A stretch of DNA of 64,000 nucleotides from Pseudomonadota bacterium (GTDB lineage Bacteria; Campylobacterota; Campylobacteria; Campylobacterales; Sulfurimonadaceae). The stretch's first letter is position 1; the number at the start of each line of letters is the position of its first letter. The stretch spans positions 64,001 through 128,000 of the forward strand of contig JAZDQA010000004.1 of the NCBI GenBank assembly GCA_043797085.1, written 5' to 3'. A program made the position numbers and the translations under genes. The notes below the pieces were generated by a model. The model did no database searches and was not told where the DNA came from. It saw only the letters and a list, made by a program, of their open reading frames with translations. Positions 10,182 to 20,878 of this stretch are shown here, piece by piece.

Positions 10182-10755
10182 GGCGTTTCTCCAAAAGATT
10201 TTTTTCTATTCTATTAAACATAAAACTAATACTGCCAATAATGGCGATGACAAGCGGTATGGCAAAGTACCAGTGCGCCTTAATCCAAGCGAGGAGTTTG
10301 AGAAGCTCTTCTCCGAAATAATAAGCCGGTATGATGGTCAATGCTGCCCAAAAAATGGCGCTTACAAAGTTAATGATGGCAAAATCACGGGATGAATATT
10401 TAGTTAATCCTATTGCCATAGGTATTACTGTACGCATGCCATACATGTAGCGTTGAACAAAAATAAGCGGCCATCCGTATTTTTTGAGCAACAGATGAGC
10501 GATGGCAAATTTACGTCGTTGAGAACGAAGTTTATCATGGATGTATTTTTTATTAAACCGTCCAATATAAAAATATATCTGATCTCCGACAAACCCACCG
10601 AACGCTCCTACCATTAAAGCAATCGGAAGGAACATATCTCCTGTATGCGACATAATACCGGCCATTACAAGACCAAGTTCACCTTCTAAAATACTCCAAG
10701 CGAACAAGACAATATAACCGTATTCTTTTAACCATTCAATAAATAAGTGTTCCAA
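10162..10755 (-). CDS. DedA family membrane protein
   Basis: LEGE, GDQIYFYIGR and RYMYGMR DedA pattern. Confidence 0.88.
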   Translation of the reverse strand: MEHLFIEWLKEYGYIVLFAWSILEGELGLVMAGIMSHTGDMFLPIALMVGAFGGFVGDQIYFYIGRFNKKYIHDKLRSQRRKFAIAHLLLKKYGWPLIFVQRYMYGMRTVIPMAIGLTKYSSRDFAIINFVSAIFWAALTIIPAYYFGEELLKLLAWIKAHWYFAIPLVIAIIGSISFMFNRIEKNLLEKRRERRPL

Positions 10756-10764
10756 TTTAATCCC

Positions 10765-11967
10765 TTAATTATCGAAATTCAATAACTGTTTAGCCTGAAT
10801 CATATCTTTGTCGCCACGTCCTGATATATTGACAATGATAAGTTTATCTTTAATGTCGGGCATTTTTTTCAAATATGCGACAGCGTGAGCGGTTTCAAAA
10901 GCGGGGATAATTCCCTCTGCACGACTAAGCCATACGAAAGCGTCCAACGCTTCGGCGTCGGTAATGTTATCATAGCTAACGGTTCCATTATCTTTATGAA
11001 ACGCGTGTTCGGGTCCTATACCCGGATAATCCAGTCCTGCCGAGATCGAGTGGGCTTCGAGAATTTGACCATCTTCATCTTGGAGCAGATAGCTCATCTG
11101 ACCGTGCAATACTCCCGGACGACCTTTGAGCAATGAACATCCGTGTTTATCCGTATCGACTCCATGTCCACCCGCTTCGATTCCGATACAGCGAACACTA
11201 GAGTCTTCTAAAAAGTGTTGAAAGGTTCCAATCGCATTGCTTCCTCCGCCGATACACGCAATAACATAATCGGGAAGACGATTTTCTTTTTCTAAAATCT
11301 GCGCGCGTGCTTCGCAGCCGATGATGGCTTGAAAATCCCGCACCATCATAGGGTAGGGGTGAGGACCTGCAACGGTACCGATGATGTAAAATGTATCACG
11401 TGCGTGGGTTACCCAGTGACGAATAGCATCATTCATAGCATCTTTAAGGGTTTTAGATCCACTCTCTACGGCATGAACTTTTGCCCCCAATAGTTTCATC
11501 CGAAAGACATTGAGTTCTTGTCTGGCAACATCTTTAGCACCCATAAACACTTCACATTCCAGACCCAATAACGCGGCAATGGTAGCCGTTGCCACACCAT
11601 GCTGTCCCGCTCCTGTTTCGGCAATGACCTTTTTCTTTCCTAAACGTTTTGCCATAAGTCCCTGTGCGATGACATTATTGACTTTGTGCGCACCGGTATG
11701 ATTAAGATCCTCACGTTTGAGATAGATTTTAGCCCCCAATTCTTTAGAGAGATTCGCTGCATAATACAAGGGGCTTGGGCGACCGACATAATCGGTAAGA
11801 TAACCATCTACCTCTTTCCAAAAGGTTTCATCAAAACGAATTTCATTGTACGTTTGTTCAAGTTCCAAAAGAGCCGGCATAAGTGTTTCGGGGACATATC
11901 GTCCGCCAAAAATTCCAAAATGTCCATCAACGGGATCAAAAGGGGAGGGTTTAGGTATGTACATCAA
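10765..11967 (-). CDS. trpB: Tryptophan synthase beta chain
   Basis: [12 protein letters not shown] lysine, [29 protein letters not shown]. Confidence 0.97.
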   Translation of the reverse strand: MMYIPKPSPFDPVDGHFGIFGGRYVPETLMPALLELEQTYNEIRFDETFWKEVDGYLTDYVGRPSPLYYAANLSKELGAKIYLKREDLNHTGAHKVNNVIAQGLMAKRLGKKKVIAETGAGQHGVATATIAALLGLECEVFMGAKDVARQELNVFRMKLLGAKVHAVESGSKTLKDAMNDAIRHWVTHARDTFYIIGTVAGPHPYPMMVRDFQAIIGCEARAQILEKENRLPDYVIACIGGGSNAIGTFQHFLEDSSVRCIGIEAGGHGVDTDKHGCSLLKGRPGVLHGQMSYLLQDEDGQILEAHSISAGLDYPGIGPEHAFHKDNGTVSYDNITDAEALDAFVWLSRAEGIIPAFETAHAVAYLKKMPDIKDKLIIVNISGRGDKDMIQAKQLLNFDN

Positions 11968-12512
11968 TCTACTCCAATTACAGTATAAACAGGGGTTAAG
12001 TTTTTAAGTTTAGATTGCCCGTCAAGAAAATCAAGACCCATGATAAAACATCCTTCTACGCATACAGCACCCACTTTGTTGATGAGATTTGCAGCCGCAT
12101 ACGCTGTACCGCCCGTTGCAATCAAATCATCAATCAGTAAAACTTTAGGACTTTCAATGGGTGAAAATGCGTCGATATGGATTTCAACTTCATCAAAACC
12201 GTATTCCAATGAGTATTTCTCTGAAACAGTGGTGTACGGGAGTTTCCCTTTTTTTCGAATAGGGATAAACCCAACGCCCAGCATTTGAGCCAAAGCAGCT
12301 CCAAAAATAAAACCGCGAGCATCAATACCCGCAACATGGGTTAATTCATAACTGCTGTATCGTGTATAAAGATGTCTCATAAGGAGAGAGTAGGCTTCTT
12401 TATTTGACAAGAGAGTAGTAATATCTTTGAAAATAATCCCCGGTTTTGGAAAATCCGGAATATCACGAATAGCATTATTTAAAATAAATTTTTCTTCTGT
12501 CGTCAGTATCAC
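11964..12512 (-). CDS. apt: Adenine phosphoribosyltransferase
   Basis: [34 protein letters not shown]. Confidence 0.96.
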   Translation of the reverse strand: MILTTEEKFILNNAIRDIPDFPKPGIIFKDITTLLSNKEAYSLLMRHLYTRYSSYELTHVAGIDARGFIFGAALAQMLGVGFIPIRKKGKLPYTTVSEKYSLEYGFDEVEIHIDAFSPIESPKVLLIDDLIATGGTAYAAANLINKVGAVCVEGCFIMGLDFLDGQSKLKNLTPVYTVIGVD

Positions 12513-12527
12513 ATAATTCCTTTGGCA

Positions 12528-12860
12528 TTAAATAAGTGCATCAATGCGCCCTTCGAGTTCTCGTATTTTATTTTGGAGGCGGTCCGTATCGATACGGTGT
12601 TTTGAGTTGCGTTGCTTGAGCATTTTGACTTCATTGCGCAAATTGTTGAGCTCTTCACTCAAAATATCGACGTTACCAAGCGCACGTTGTAACTGAATTT
12701 GGTACTTTCGAATCAAAATCTCTGCTTCTTTGAGGGTCAGTTTCATCATTTCACTGCTGCGTTGTTCTTTAACGGTGATGCTTCGAAAATAAAACATCTT
12801 GACTAAGAATACAAGGGCTCCCAGTGTAACAATCGTAAGAAGTGACCACTCTAAAAACAT
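12528..12860 (-). CDS. Small single-TM coiled-coil hypothetical protein
   Basis: N-terminal hydrophobic helix then heptad-rich C-terminus; packed between rpiB and apt. Confidence 0.75.
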   Translation of the reverse strand: MFLEWSLLTIVTLGALVFLVKMFYFRSITVKEQRSSEMMKLTLKEAEILIRKYQIQLQRALGNVDILSEELNNLRNEVKMLKQRNSKHRIDTDRLQNKIRELEGRIDALI

Positions 12861-12863
12861 TGA

Positions 12864-13301
12864 TTATCCCTTAATCGCATCTATTTTGTCAATTCGACCA
12901 CAATGCCGACCACTCTCAAATTTTCCGGCAATCCATGCATCCAATATGGATTCAGCAACTCCAAGACCAACGATACGTTCACCAAAACATAGAACATTTG
13001 CATCATTATGACCACGAGCCACGGTTGCAGTATAAGCATCATGGCATAATGCCGCACGAATACCATGAAAACGATTAGCAGCCATAGACATACCAATACC
13101 TGAACCACAAATCAAAATCCCCTGAGCAGAACTGTCGGACAAAACGTTTTCACATACTTTTACCGCATAGTCAGGGTAATCAACTCTCTCTTTGTTAAAA
13201 GGTCCGAGGTCGATTACCTCATGTCCTTTGGAACGAAGATTTTCAACGGTAAAATCTTTCAGATCAATTCCTGCATGATCCGTTGCGACGTAAAATTTCA
13301 T
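12864..13301 (-). CDS. rpiB: Ribose-5-phosphate isomerase B
   Basis: DHAG, DYPD, CGSGIG, HNDANVL and GRH motifs; start moved to MKFYV. Confidence 0.95.
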   Translation of the reverse strand: MKFYVATDHAGIDLKDFTVENLRSKGHEVIDLGPFNKERVDYPDYAVKVCENVLSDSSAQGILICGSGIGMSMAANRFHGIRAALCHDAYTATVARGHNDANVLCFGERIVGLGVAESILDAWIAGKFESGRHCGRIDKIDAIKG

Positions 13302-13309
13302 TTTTTTCC

Positions 13310-13975
13310 TTAATTCAGTAATAGTTGTAATAATGTTTGTGTAGGCCATACCAAAAGAGGTATTTTTAACGGCGTCATTAAAATGATTATGATAACAATC
13401 ATTCCATAAGGTTCGGCTTTAGCAAAGAATTCTGCCACTTTGTAAATCTTAAATTTCAATGCAAGATAACTCACAAAACGAGATCCGTCAAACCCTGGAA
13501 TTGGCAAGAGATTTAATACAGCAAGGACCACATTGATTTGTACTAATGACCATGCAAGCAAGATGAAAAAACTATCTTTTATCTCTGGGGTGTACATCGT
13601 AGTCAAGATAACGGAAAAAAGAGTTGCTATAAAAAGATTATACGCAATTCCTGCCAAACTCACTTGGATAGCTGCATTGTAACCACCGTTACGAATGACG
13701 GTTTGCATATTGACAGGAACCGGTTTTGCCCATCCGAATAAAAAGCCGGCAGAACCAAATAGCAGTACCGGTAAATAGTATGTCATAATAGGAACCAATA
13801 CAGAACCCACAGGATCAATATGAACAAGTGGATTAATATTGAGACGTCCAGCATTTTTCGCTGTATGATCTCCATATTTATACGCAACCCAACCGTGCAT
13901 GATCTCATGACCAATAATAGCGATTAAAAGTGCTAAAATCGAAGCGATAATAGGCAAGAAATCAGTAGAGTTCAT
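13310..13975 (-). CDS. Site-2 protease family (M50) metalloprotease
   Basis: HEIMH, GWAKPVP and NLLPIPGFDG motifs. Confidence 0.92.
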   Translation of the reverse strand: MNSTDFLPIIASILALLIAIIGHEIMHGWVAYKYGDHTAKNAGRLNINPLVHIDPVGSVLVPIMTYYLPVLLFGSAGFLFGWAKPVPVNMQTVIRNGGYNAAIQVSLAGIAYNLFIATLFSVILTTMYTPEIKDSFFILLAWSLVQINVVLAVLNLLPIPGFDGSRFVSYLALKFKIYKVAEFFAKAEPYGMIVIIIILMTPLKIPLLVWPTQTLLQLLLN

Positions 13976-14780
13976 TATCGTTTGCGTCTTCAATGATTCG
14001 TTGATCTTGTGCTCGTTTTAAAATAGCACCTTGTTCTAAATCATGCGGTGTTTTACCGATACGATCCCATCGCACTTTATAATCATCGTCGATACTAAAA
14101 TAGACAAACCACGGCGTCCCCTCGATAAGCCCGTATGGGACTGCTCCCCAAAAACGGCTGTCATTGGAATGGTCACGGTTGTCTCCCATCATAAAGTATT
14201 CGCCATCAGGAACGACAATGGGCGCTGTGTTAAATATTTCTGCAGGATAGATACCGTTATCGATGATATGATCATCGTGATGAATTCCCTCATGCTCTAG
14301 GGTATAAGGATCTTTTACCCAGAGTTTTCCGTCTACATCTACCAATTCATAGTTAGCAAACATTTTTCGTGTGTATTCATTACCTTCATGCGGATGCAGA
14401 TAAAGAACTTTATCCACTAAAAACAGCTCATCGCCCGGCAACCCGACACATCGCTTGACGTAATGCATTTTCGTATCATTCGGATAGCGAAAAATAACAA
14501 TGTCACCACGCTGTGGAGTGTCACCATCTAAAATATGTCCATCCGTTCCGGGAATAAGGGGGATTTCGAGAAAAGGGATGTGAGGCGTAGAAATCCCATA
14601 GGCAAACTTTTTCGCAAACAGATGATCGCCGATTAGGAGTGAGTCTTTCATGGAGCCGCTAGGAATTTTAAATGCCTGCGCAATAAAAAAGATGATAAAC
14701 AGTACGATAATAATCGTCCCTGTCCATGAATTGGAAAACTTATAGGCACTGCGTAGGCCATTCATTGCTTTTGTCTTCAT
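13962..14780 (-). CDS. lepB: Signal peptidase I
   Basis: IPSGSM, YVKRCVGLPGD and GDNRDHSNDSRFWG boxes. Confidence 0.96.
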   Translation of the reverse strand: MKTKAMNGLRSAYKFSNSWTGTIIIVLFIIFFIAQAFKIPSGSMKDSLLIGDHLFAKKFAYGISTPHIPFLEIPLIPGTDGHILDGDTPQRGDIVIFRYPNDTKMHYVKRCVGLPGDELFLVDKVLYLHPHEGNEYTRKMFANYELVDVDGKLWVKDPYTLEHEGIHHDDHIIDNGIYPAEIFNTAPIVVPDGEYFMMGDNRDHSNDSRFWGAVPYGLIEGTPWFVYFSIDDDYKVRWDRIGKTPHDLEQGAILKRAQDQRIIEDANDNELY

Positions 14781-15635
14781 TTAAACTTCTTCTCCATGGT
14801 TTTTTGCTGCTTTTAGAGTATTTGAGAGGAGCATCGCGATAGTCATCGGTCCAACTCCGCCCGGCACTGGCGTGATATACGATGTTTTTGGGGCAACCGC
14901 GTCGAAATCAACATCTCCCACCAAGCGACCATCTTCTGCTCGGTTAATTCCGATGTCAACCACTACACATCCTTCGCTTACCATATCTTCACGTATAAGA
15001 TTGATTACACCGGCACCCACAAAAAGCATATCTGCTCTAAGAGTATGTGAGCGTAAATCTTTGGTATGGATATGGGTAATTGTCACGGTTGCATTGGCAT
15101 TAAGAAGTAGTGCCGCCATGGGTTTACCGACAATATTGGACGCACCGACGATTACGGCATTTTTCCCTTTAGGATCTATGTTGTATTCACTCAAAAGCTC
15201 CATGACTCCTAATGGTGTACAGGGGACAAAACCATCTAATCCTGTTGCCAAACGCCCTACATTAAAAGGGTGAAAACCGTCAACATCTTTAGATGGGGTA
15301 ACGACTTCAAGAATCTTGGTGGTATCAATATGGGCAGGTAGGGGAAGCTGGATTAAAATACCATCAATGTTTGGGTTTTGGTTCATCATTTCAATGGTTT
15401 TAATGATAGCTTCTTGGGAAATATCATCCGGCATTTCATGCGTAACGGAGTAAAATCCTGCACGATCACACGCTTTTTTCTTCATCCCTACATACGCTTG
15501 ACTTGCGGGATCATGACCGACGAGAATAACCGCTAAGCCCGGAACGCGTCCTGTTGTTTTTTTGAACTCTTTGGCTTCGAATGAAACCTTTTCTTCGATT
15601 TTTTTGGCGAGGGTTTTACCGTCAAGTAGTTGCAT
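14781..15635 (-). CDS. folD: Bifunctional methylenetetrahydrofolate dehydrogenase/cyclohydrolase
   Basis: QLPLP, KDVDGFHP, PCTP and TPVPGGVGPMT motifs. Confidence 0.97.
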   Translation of the reverse strand: MQLLDGKTLAKKIEEKVSFEAKEFKKTTGRVPGLAVILVGHDPASQAYVGMKKKACDRAGFYSVTHEMPDDISQEAIIKTIEMMNQNPNIDGILIQLPLPAHIDTTKILEVVTPSKDVDGFHPFNVGRLATGLDGFVPCTPLGVMELLSEYNIDPKGKNAVIVGASNIVGKPMAALLLNANATVTITHIHTKDLRSHTLRADMLFVGAGVINLIREDMVSEGCVVVDIGINRAEDGRLVGDVDFDAVAPKTSYITPVPGGVGPMTIAMLLSNTLKAAKNHGEEV

Positions 15636-15704
15636 TTAATCACCGTAAATATAGTTTTTGGGTATGATACCGATAAATAACTAACAGTTGGTTAAAGGGG
15701 TGGT

Positions 15705-16067
15705 GTGAAAGTATTATTGGTGTTATTCATAGCCTTTCAAGTGTACGGTGCAACCTCATTTATCACCAAAGAAGAGTATGCGGCAGGTCTTTATCACAAT
15801 CCAAGAGGCATTGGCTGTCAAATGTGCCACGGTGAATCAGGTGAAGGTCGAAAAATTGCTTCTTATAAAGAAAAAGGTGAAGTAAAAGTATTTCAAGGAA
15901 ACCCGATTAACCGCATCTCATTTCCGGAATTTTACCGTCGTGTAAACAGTAAGATTGTGGGTATGCCTCGTTATTATCTCACCGATACTGAAATCCAAAT
16001 CCTCTATTATTATCTTCATCGCAAAGAATTTCGCCGTGCCGCTTCAAAACCCACTCCATCTAAATAA
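15705..16067 (+). CDS. Periplasmic monoheme c-type cytochrome
   Basis: Signal peptide, CQMCH heme motif, distal MP axial Met. Confidence 0.85.
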   Translation: MKVLLVLFIAFQVYGATSFITKEEYAAGLYHNPRGIGCQMCHGESGEGRKIASYKEKGEVKVFQGNPINRISFPEFYRRVNSKIVGMPRYYLTDTEIQILYYYLHRKEFRRAASKPTPSK

Positions 16068-16968
16068 TCTCTTAGAAAATAGAGACTTAGAATCGTTAAA
16101 AAAGTTAGCTGTTCCGGTATACCGAAATCAAAATCAAACACTCACTTTTCGAAGCGCCATGATGGTTTCGACGCATAATCTAAAACATTTGCTTAAAATT
16201 CCCAACTTAACGGCTGAGTGTTTGATGATAAACCTCGAAGATGGGGTGAGCCCTGAATTAAAACCGTATGCATTGGTTTTATGCGCCTTGGCACTCGCTT
16301 CGAATCCTATAAGCGACAAAAAAATGGTCGTTAGAGTCAATCCATTGGATGAGGGGGGAGTAGAGGAGATTGTGTATCTCAATGCTTTTATGCCCGATGC
16401 CATACGAATCCCAAAAATTAGAAGTATTGAAGATGTCAAACGCGCTTTGGAACTTATCGATGAGGGGATTGAAATCCATCTCTCCATCGAGACAAAAGAG
16501 GCATGGCTGCATTTGAGGGAATTGGCGATTAGTCCGCGTATCAAAGCGTATTATCTCGGAGTCCTTGATCTTTTCGCAGACTTAGGGCTTTCTCAAAATT
16601 TATTTTCCCCTGAAAATCCAACAGCACAGTATCTTCTTTCCCATTTTTTAATTACCTCTCGTGCTTGCGGTGTCAAACCCGTCTCATTCGTCTATCAAGA
16701 GTATAAAAACAGTGACGGCTTGCGCCATTGGCTCGAATTGGAACAAAGAATGGGATTTGACGCTAAAGGGTGTATTTCTCCAGCTCAAGTGGAACTGATA
16801 CATGAATTTTTTGGTTGCAGTGAAGCGGAGTTTAAACGTGCCCAAGAGATCATTCGACTTTTCCAAGAGCATGCTGCTTTAGGGATAACTGGATTTGTTG
16901 ATGATAGATACGGGTTTATCGATGAGCCGATTTATAAAGGTGCTTTGGCGGTGATTAATAGCCGGTAA
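16036..16968 (+). CDS. HpcH/HpaI aldolase/citrate lyase (CitE-like) family protein; start uncertain
   Basis: NLEDGV, VRVN, IPKI, IET, KGCISPAQ and FIDEP pattern of CitE/malyl-CoA lyase fold; in-frame GTG at 16036 chosen to reduce overlap with the cytochrome. Confidence 0.8.
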   Translation: MPLQNPLHLNNLLENRDLESLKKLAVPVYRNQNQTLTFRSAMMVSTHNLKHLLKIPNLTAECLMINLEDGVSPELKPYALVLCALALASNPISDKKMVVRVNPLDEGGVEEIVYLNAFMPDAIRIPKIRSIEDVKRALELIDEGIEIHLSIETKEAWLHLRELAISPRIKAYYLGVLDLFADLGLSQNLFSPENPTAQYLLSHFLITSRACGVKPVSFVYQEYKNSDGLRHWLELEQRMGFDAKGCISPAQVELIHEFFGCSEAEFKRAQEIIRLFQEHAALGITGFVDDRYGFIDEPIYKGALAVINSR

Positions 16969-17806
16969 GATTGTACCAGACTCGATAACGAATATAGGTT
17001 TTTTGTGCGGGTCTTGGATATTGTGCATACGCCAGTTCAATCGTCTCTTTTGTCGTATCATCCAAGATTGCAAAACGGCTGTTTTTTAGATAACGAATAT
17101 CAGAAATACTACCGTCGGGATGAAGATAAAACTCGATAGTATTGGTCTCATCAACGCGAAGATTATCAGGAATACGTGAACGTCCGTATCGATCCAAAAC
17201 TCCTTGGGTAATACGTCGCATCACCTCTTGATTATCCAATATATATTTTTGCTCCCCTTCAGAAAGTTCACCAAATTTGTCTCCATAAAGTTTTTTGACA
17301 CTATCATTAATTTTGATGCTCGATTTTGAGGAAGATTTAACTTCAGGATCAGCTTGCGAGAGAATATCGTAGAGCCCTTTCTCTTTTTTGGGCTGGGGTT
17401 TGTGCTCTATAGTGGCTACTTCTTTGGCAACATGACGCTCGAATGCTTTTTTCGGTTCAACGGGAACTGTTGGCTGTATCGGTGGTGTGGATTGTACGGT
17501 TGGTGCAGTTTGCTTGGGAACCTGTTTTGGTTGTTGAGGAGTGGGAGTTTTAAGCTGTTCCCCTTTGGGCATGGGACGAGCTTTAGTCATTTTAGGGATT
17601 TCATTTTTTACCAATGCTTCTTTAGCTGCTTTAGGCTTCTCTTTTAGAGAGAGTTTAAATCGCGATTCACTTACCTTTTCTTCTTTTGGGGGAGGTGGAG
17701 GAACAGGGGTGATTTTCTCTATAAATGCAAGCAAGAGTATAACAATGATGTGTACCAGTACAGCGATTAGTAAAGCATAAAGAGAAAAAGAGGGACGCTG
17801 CTGCAA
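16955..17806 (-). CDS. TonB/TolA-like energy transducer
   Basis: N-terminal TM with H (AVLVHII), Pro/Lys-rich linker, TonB_C-like end (DGSISD...LDD); TTG start near 17806 inferred. Confidence 0.8.
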   Translation of the reverse strand: MQQRPSFSLYALLIAVLVHIIVILLLAFIEKITPVPPPPPKEEKVSESRFKLSLKEKPKAAKEALVKNEIPKMTKARPMPKGEQLKTPTPQQPKQVPKQTAPTVQSTPPIQPTVPVEPKKAFERHVAKEVATIEHKPQPKKEKGLYDILSQADPEVKSSSKSSIKINDSVKKLYGDKFGELSEGEQKYILDNQEVMRRITQGVLDRYGRSRIPDNLRVDETNTIEFYLHPDGSISDIRYLKNSRFAILDDTTKETIELAYAQYPRPAQKTYIRYRVWYNLTGY

Positions 17807-17973
17807 TGAAAGTTCCAAATATGGTGTAATTGTGGGAATTATAGCCAAATCATTGTAAATGACCTTATATCGGGTTAATGGACGTATGGTTATAATATGA
17901 ATACCTAAGCTAATGTTATGCACATTGAGTGATTTTTTTGAGAATTCAACTTTAAAAAGTCGTATTTTTCTTT

Positions 17974-18047
17974 CGTCATTCCCGCGAAGGCGGGAATCCA
18001 GCTTTGTTTTACGGGGATGGATCCCCGGGTCAAGCCCGAGGATGACG
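17974..18047 (+). repeat. Bipartite palindromic REP/RPE-like element, copy 1
   Basis: GTCATTCCCGCGAAGGCGGGAATCCA...TGGATCCCCGGGTCAAGCCCGAGGATGAC; second copy inverted at 36476-36561. Confidence 0.85.
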
Positions 18048-18098
18048 GGAAATAAATTTACTGCTTAAGGTCAGTTACAAAAATAAGGATAAATATTT

Positions 18099-19382
18099 AT
18101 GACAATTAATCATTCGCAAGAAGCATTTGCAAAAGCTCAAGAACTCATTCCGGGTGGTGTCAATTCGCCCGTTCGTGCATTTAAAAGTGTTGGAGGAATT
18201 CCTCGCTTTATTGCTAGCGGAGAGGGTGCATATCTCATTGATATTGATGACAATCGTTACATAGATTACGTTCAAAGTTGGGGTCCGTTGATTTTTGGAC
18301 ACCGTGATGAGAGTATCGAAAATGCTGTTATTGAAGCGGTAAAACATGGTCTCAGTTTCGGTGCACCGACGGAAGCAGAATCTGAACTCGCAGAACTTAT
18401 CATCTCTATCTATGGCTCGATTGAAAAAGTCCGTTTTGTCAGCAGCGGAACGGAGGCCGTTATGAGTGCTATTCGTTTGGCTCGCGGTTTTACCCTTCGT
18501 GATGATATTGTTAAATTTACGGGATGCTACCACGGTCACAGTGACGCATTGCTTGTCCAAGCGGGTTCAGGTGCAGCAACTTTTGGCACACCAAGTTCCC
18601 CAGGAGTACCGGCTGATTTTACCAAACACACACTTTTAGCAGAATACAACAATATAGAAAGCGTGCGCAAATGTTTTCAGGAGAGTGAGGGAATCGCATG
18701 TGTTATCATCGAACCCATCGCCGGAAATATGGGACTTGTTCCTGCCGATAAAGATTTCCTTGCGCAGCTGCGAGCATTGTGTGATGAATACGGTGCATTG
18801 TTGATTTTTGATGAAGTGATGAGCGGATTTCGTGCGTGCTTGCATGGTGCAGAGAGTATCACAGGAACCAAGCCTGATTTGGTAACACTGGGTAAAGTCA
18901 TCGGCGGAGGAATGCCTGTGGGTGCTTTTGGCGGACGTCGCGACATTATGGGACATCTCTCACCTGAGGGTGGCGTGTATCAAGCTGGCACGCTTAGCGG
19001 TAATCCAGTAGCCATGGCAGCAGGATTGGCATCGATTCGCAAGATCAAACAAAATGCTCGTTTATACGGAATCCTTGAAACGAGAGCAAAGCGTCTAATG
19101 CAAGGGTTTAATGATGCAGCGCTTAAAAACAATATCGGATTACAAACCGATGTTCGCGGTTCAATGTTTGGGTTTTTCTTTTCGAATGAGCCTGTCCATA
19201 ATTTTGCCGATGCATTGAAAAGTGATACATCACGATTTGCCCGTTTTCATGCAGGCATGCTCGATGCTGGATTTTATTTTGCGTGTTCACAGTTTGAAAC
19301 TGGGTTTATTTGTACGGCGATTACCGATACGATGATTGAAGAGACGATTGCTGCGGCAGAGTCGATATTTGGAGAATTATAA
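18099..19382 (+). CDS. hemL: Glutamate-1-semialdehyde 2,1-aminomutase
   Basis: [45 protein letters not shown]. Confidence 0.97.
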   Translation: MTINHSQEAFAKAQELIPGGVNSPVRAFKSVGGIPRFIASGEGAYLIDIDDNRYIDYVQSWGPLIFGHRDESIENAVIEAVKHGLSFGAPTEAESELAELIISIYGSIEKVRFVSSGTEAVMSAIRLARGFTLRDDIVKFTGCYHGHSDALLVQAGSGAATFGTPSSPGVPADFTKHTLLAEYNNIESVRKCFQESEGIACVIIEPIAGNMGLVPADKDFLAQLRALCDEYGALLIFDEVMSGFRACLHGAESITGTKPDLVTLGKVIGGGMPVGAFGGRRDIMGHLSPEGGVYQAGTLSGNPVAMAAGLASIRKIKQNARLYGILETRAKRLMQGFNDAALKNNIGLQTDVRGSMFGFFFSNEPVHNFADALKSDTSRFARFHAGMLDAGFYFACSQFETGFICTAITDTMIEETIAAAESIFGEL

Positions 19383-19383
19383 T

Positions 19384-19686
19384 ATGGAAACTGAAGAACA
19401 CAAACCACGAATAAAACCAATCATTGAAGGAGCGGAAAGTTTATCGCTTGGAATCTCAATGGTGGTTGCTGTCTTAATCGGTGTGGGAATAGGGCTGGGT
19501 CTCAAAAAGCTCACGGGTATCACATGGCTCTTGTGGATCGGGGTTGCTATCGGAATTGGCGCAGCATTTTTGAATGTTTATAAAGCCTACAGCAAGCAAT
19601 ACAAAGAGTTTGAAAAAATGGCAAAAGATCCTCGTTACAATATGGGTAAATCTCAAAAAGATGATGACGATGACGACGAAGATTAA
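19384..19686 (+). CDS. AtpZ/AtpI-family small membrane protein
   Basis: Two TM helices (LGISMVVAVLIGVGIG), acidic tail; start moved to METEEH. Confidence 0.75.
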   Translation: METEEHKPRIKPIIEGAESLSLGISMVVAVLIGVGIGLGLKKLTGITWLLWIGVAIGIGAAFLNVYKAYSKQYKEFEKMAKDPRYNMGKSQKDDDDDDED

Positions 19687-20173
19687 AAGAACGCTCATCT
19701 TTCTAATAGTTTTACAAACTCCAATAGCCCTTTTACTCTTTATTTCGAAAGCAGTTTTTGCAAGTTTTGAAGTTGCATTACTTTCAGGAGCAGTAATTAT
19801 CATGGGATCGTTGTACGCGTATCGAAATATGATCCGTACCCGAACTCTTGATGTGGAGATTGGCGACAGTAAAGACATTATAGATATGATGGACGATCCT
19901 TACGACATATACGAAGAAGATCGCGAAGGCGAAGTACAAGATATAAAAGAACTGATAAAAGAAGAAAAAGCAAAACAAAAGCAAAATATTATTGAAAATA
20001 CCACTAAAAATTCAGCTGCATGGGTTTCAGTCTATCGATTGCTTCCGTATGCTTTTTTAGTATTAGGTTTTCTCGGACTTCAAAACAATCATTCTTTAGA
20101 GCTTCTCCCTTATTTGACAGGGTTGGGCGTCGGAATTATCGCAGGATATTTTTTTGCAAAAGAGTGGTTTTAA
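19661..20173 (+). CDS. Hypothetical membrane protein with central acidic loop
   Basis: About four TM segments with a DDPYDIYEED loop; overlaps the AtpZ-like gene. Confidence 0.7.
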   Translation: MMTMTTKIKRTLIFLIVLQTPIALLLFISKAVFASFEVALLSGAVIIMGSLYAYRNMIRTRTLDVEIGDSKDIIDMMDDPYDIYEEDREGEVQDIKELIKEEKAKQKQNIIENTTKNSAAWVSVYRLLPYAFLVLGFLGLQNNHSLELLPYLTGLGVGIIAGYFFAKEWF

Positions 20174-20191
20174 GCCGTTTAAAGCTAAAAC

Positions 20192-20878
20192 CTACTTAGT
20201 GATCATCGGGATATTGATCGTTACTTTTGCCTCTTTTATGTCTATGGAGAGGTGATTTTCTTCGGCGAGACTACTCAGTTCTGAAAGGTATCTGCGGCTC
20301 ATGTTGGGAGCGGATAGCTCTATGGCAAAGAGTGAATATTTGACATTTTCAAACTTTACGTGCTCTCCGACTCGAAAATAAAGTCGTGTTAATATGCTCA
20401 TATTTTCACTGAATGATTGATAGGTTTTGTTGAGTAGTTTAATGAAAAGTTCTGCATGAAGACGTATTTCCGGCAAAGTAGGGTCAAGTTCTTTGGGATA
20501 GCGTATGGTGCTGCCAATAGAGTTGGAGCTGATACATAAATCAATCAAGGTATAGATATTTATCAGCTGACCTTCTGGTTTTTGTTTGGCAAAATTAAAA
20601 GAGGGGAGCTGATAGAGTCGTATCCCTATTTGTTCTTCATCTTCGTATCCTACTGTGATACCGAAAAATTTAAAACGTCCAAATTCAAGATCCAAAAAGG
20701 TTGTTTTAAATCCAAATGAGGAGCTTGCATAGGTAGTGGCTATTTCATAAAGAACGGAAGCTTCAACCGCACCAAGTACATATTGAGCTTCCGTATTGAG
20801 AGAGAGTATTTTACCATTCGAACTAAAAAGAACAAAGGGGTTGAAGTCAAATTCAATCCACTGTTGATCGAATGTCAT
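20192..20878 (-). CDS. Hypothetical protein, PAS-like N-terminus and HATPase-like C-terminus
   Basis: FNPFVLF-GKILSLN-A PAS-like pattern; kinase-like ELDPTLPEI and VTINIP end without H/N/G boxes; coupled to the rpoD stop. Confidence 0.65.
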   Translation of the reverse strand: MTFDQQWIEFDFNPFVLFSSNGKILSLNTEAQYVLGAVEASVLYEIATTYASSSFGFKTTFLDLEFGRFKFFGITVGYEDEEQIGIRLYQLPSFNFAKQKPEGQLINIYTLIDLCISSNSIGSTIRYPKELDPTLPEIRLHAELFIKLLNKTYQSFSENMSILTRLYFRVGEHVKFENVKYSLFAIELSAPNMSRRYLSELSSLAEENHLSIDIKEAKVTINIPMITK

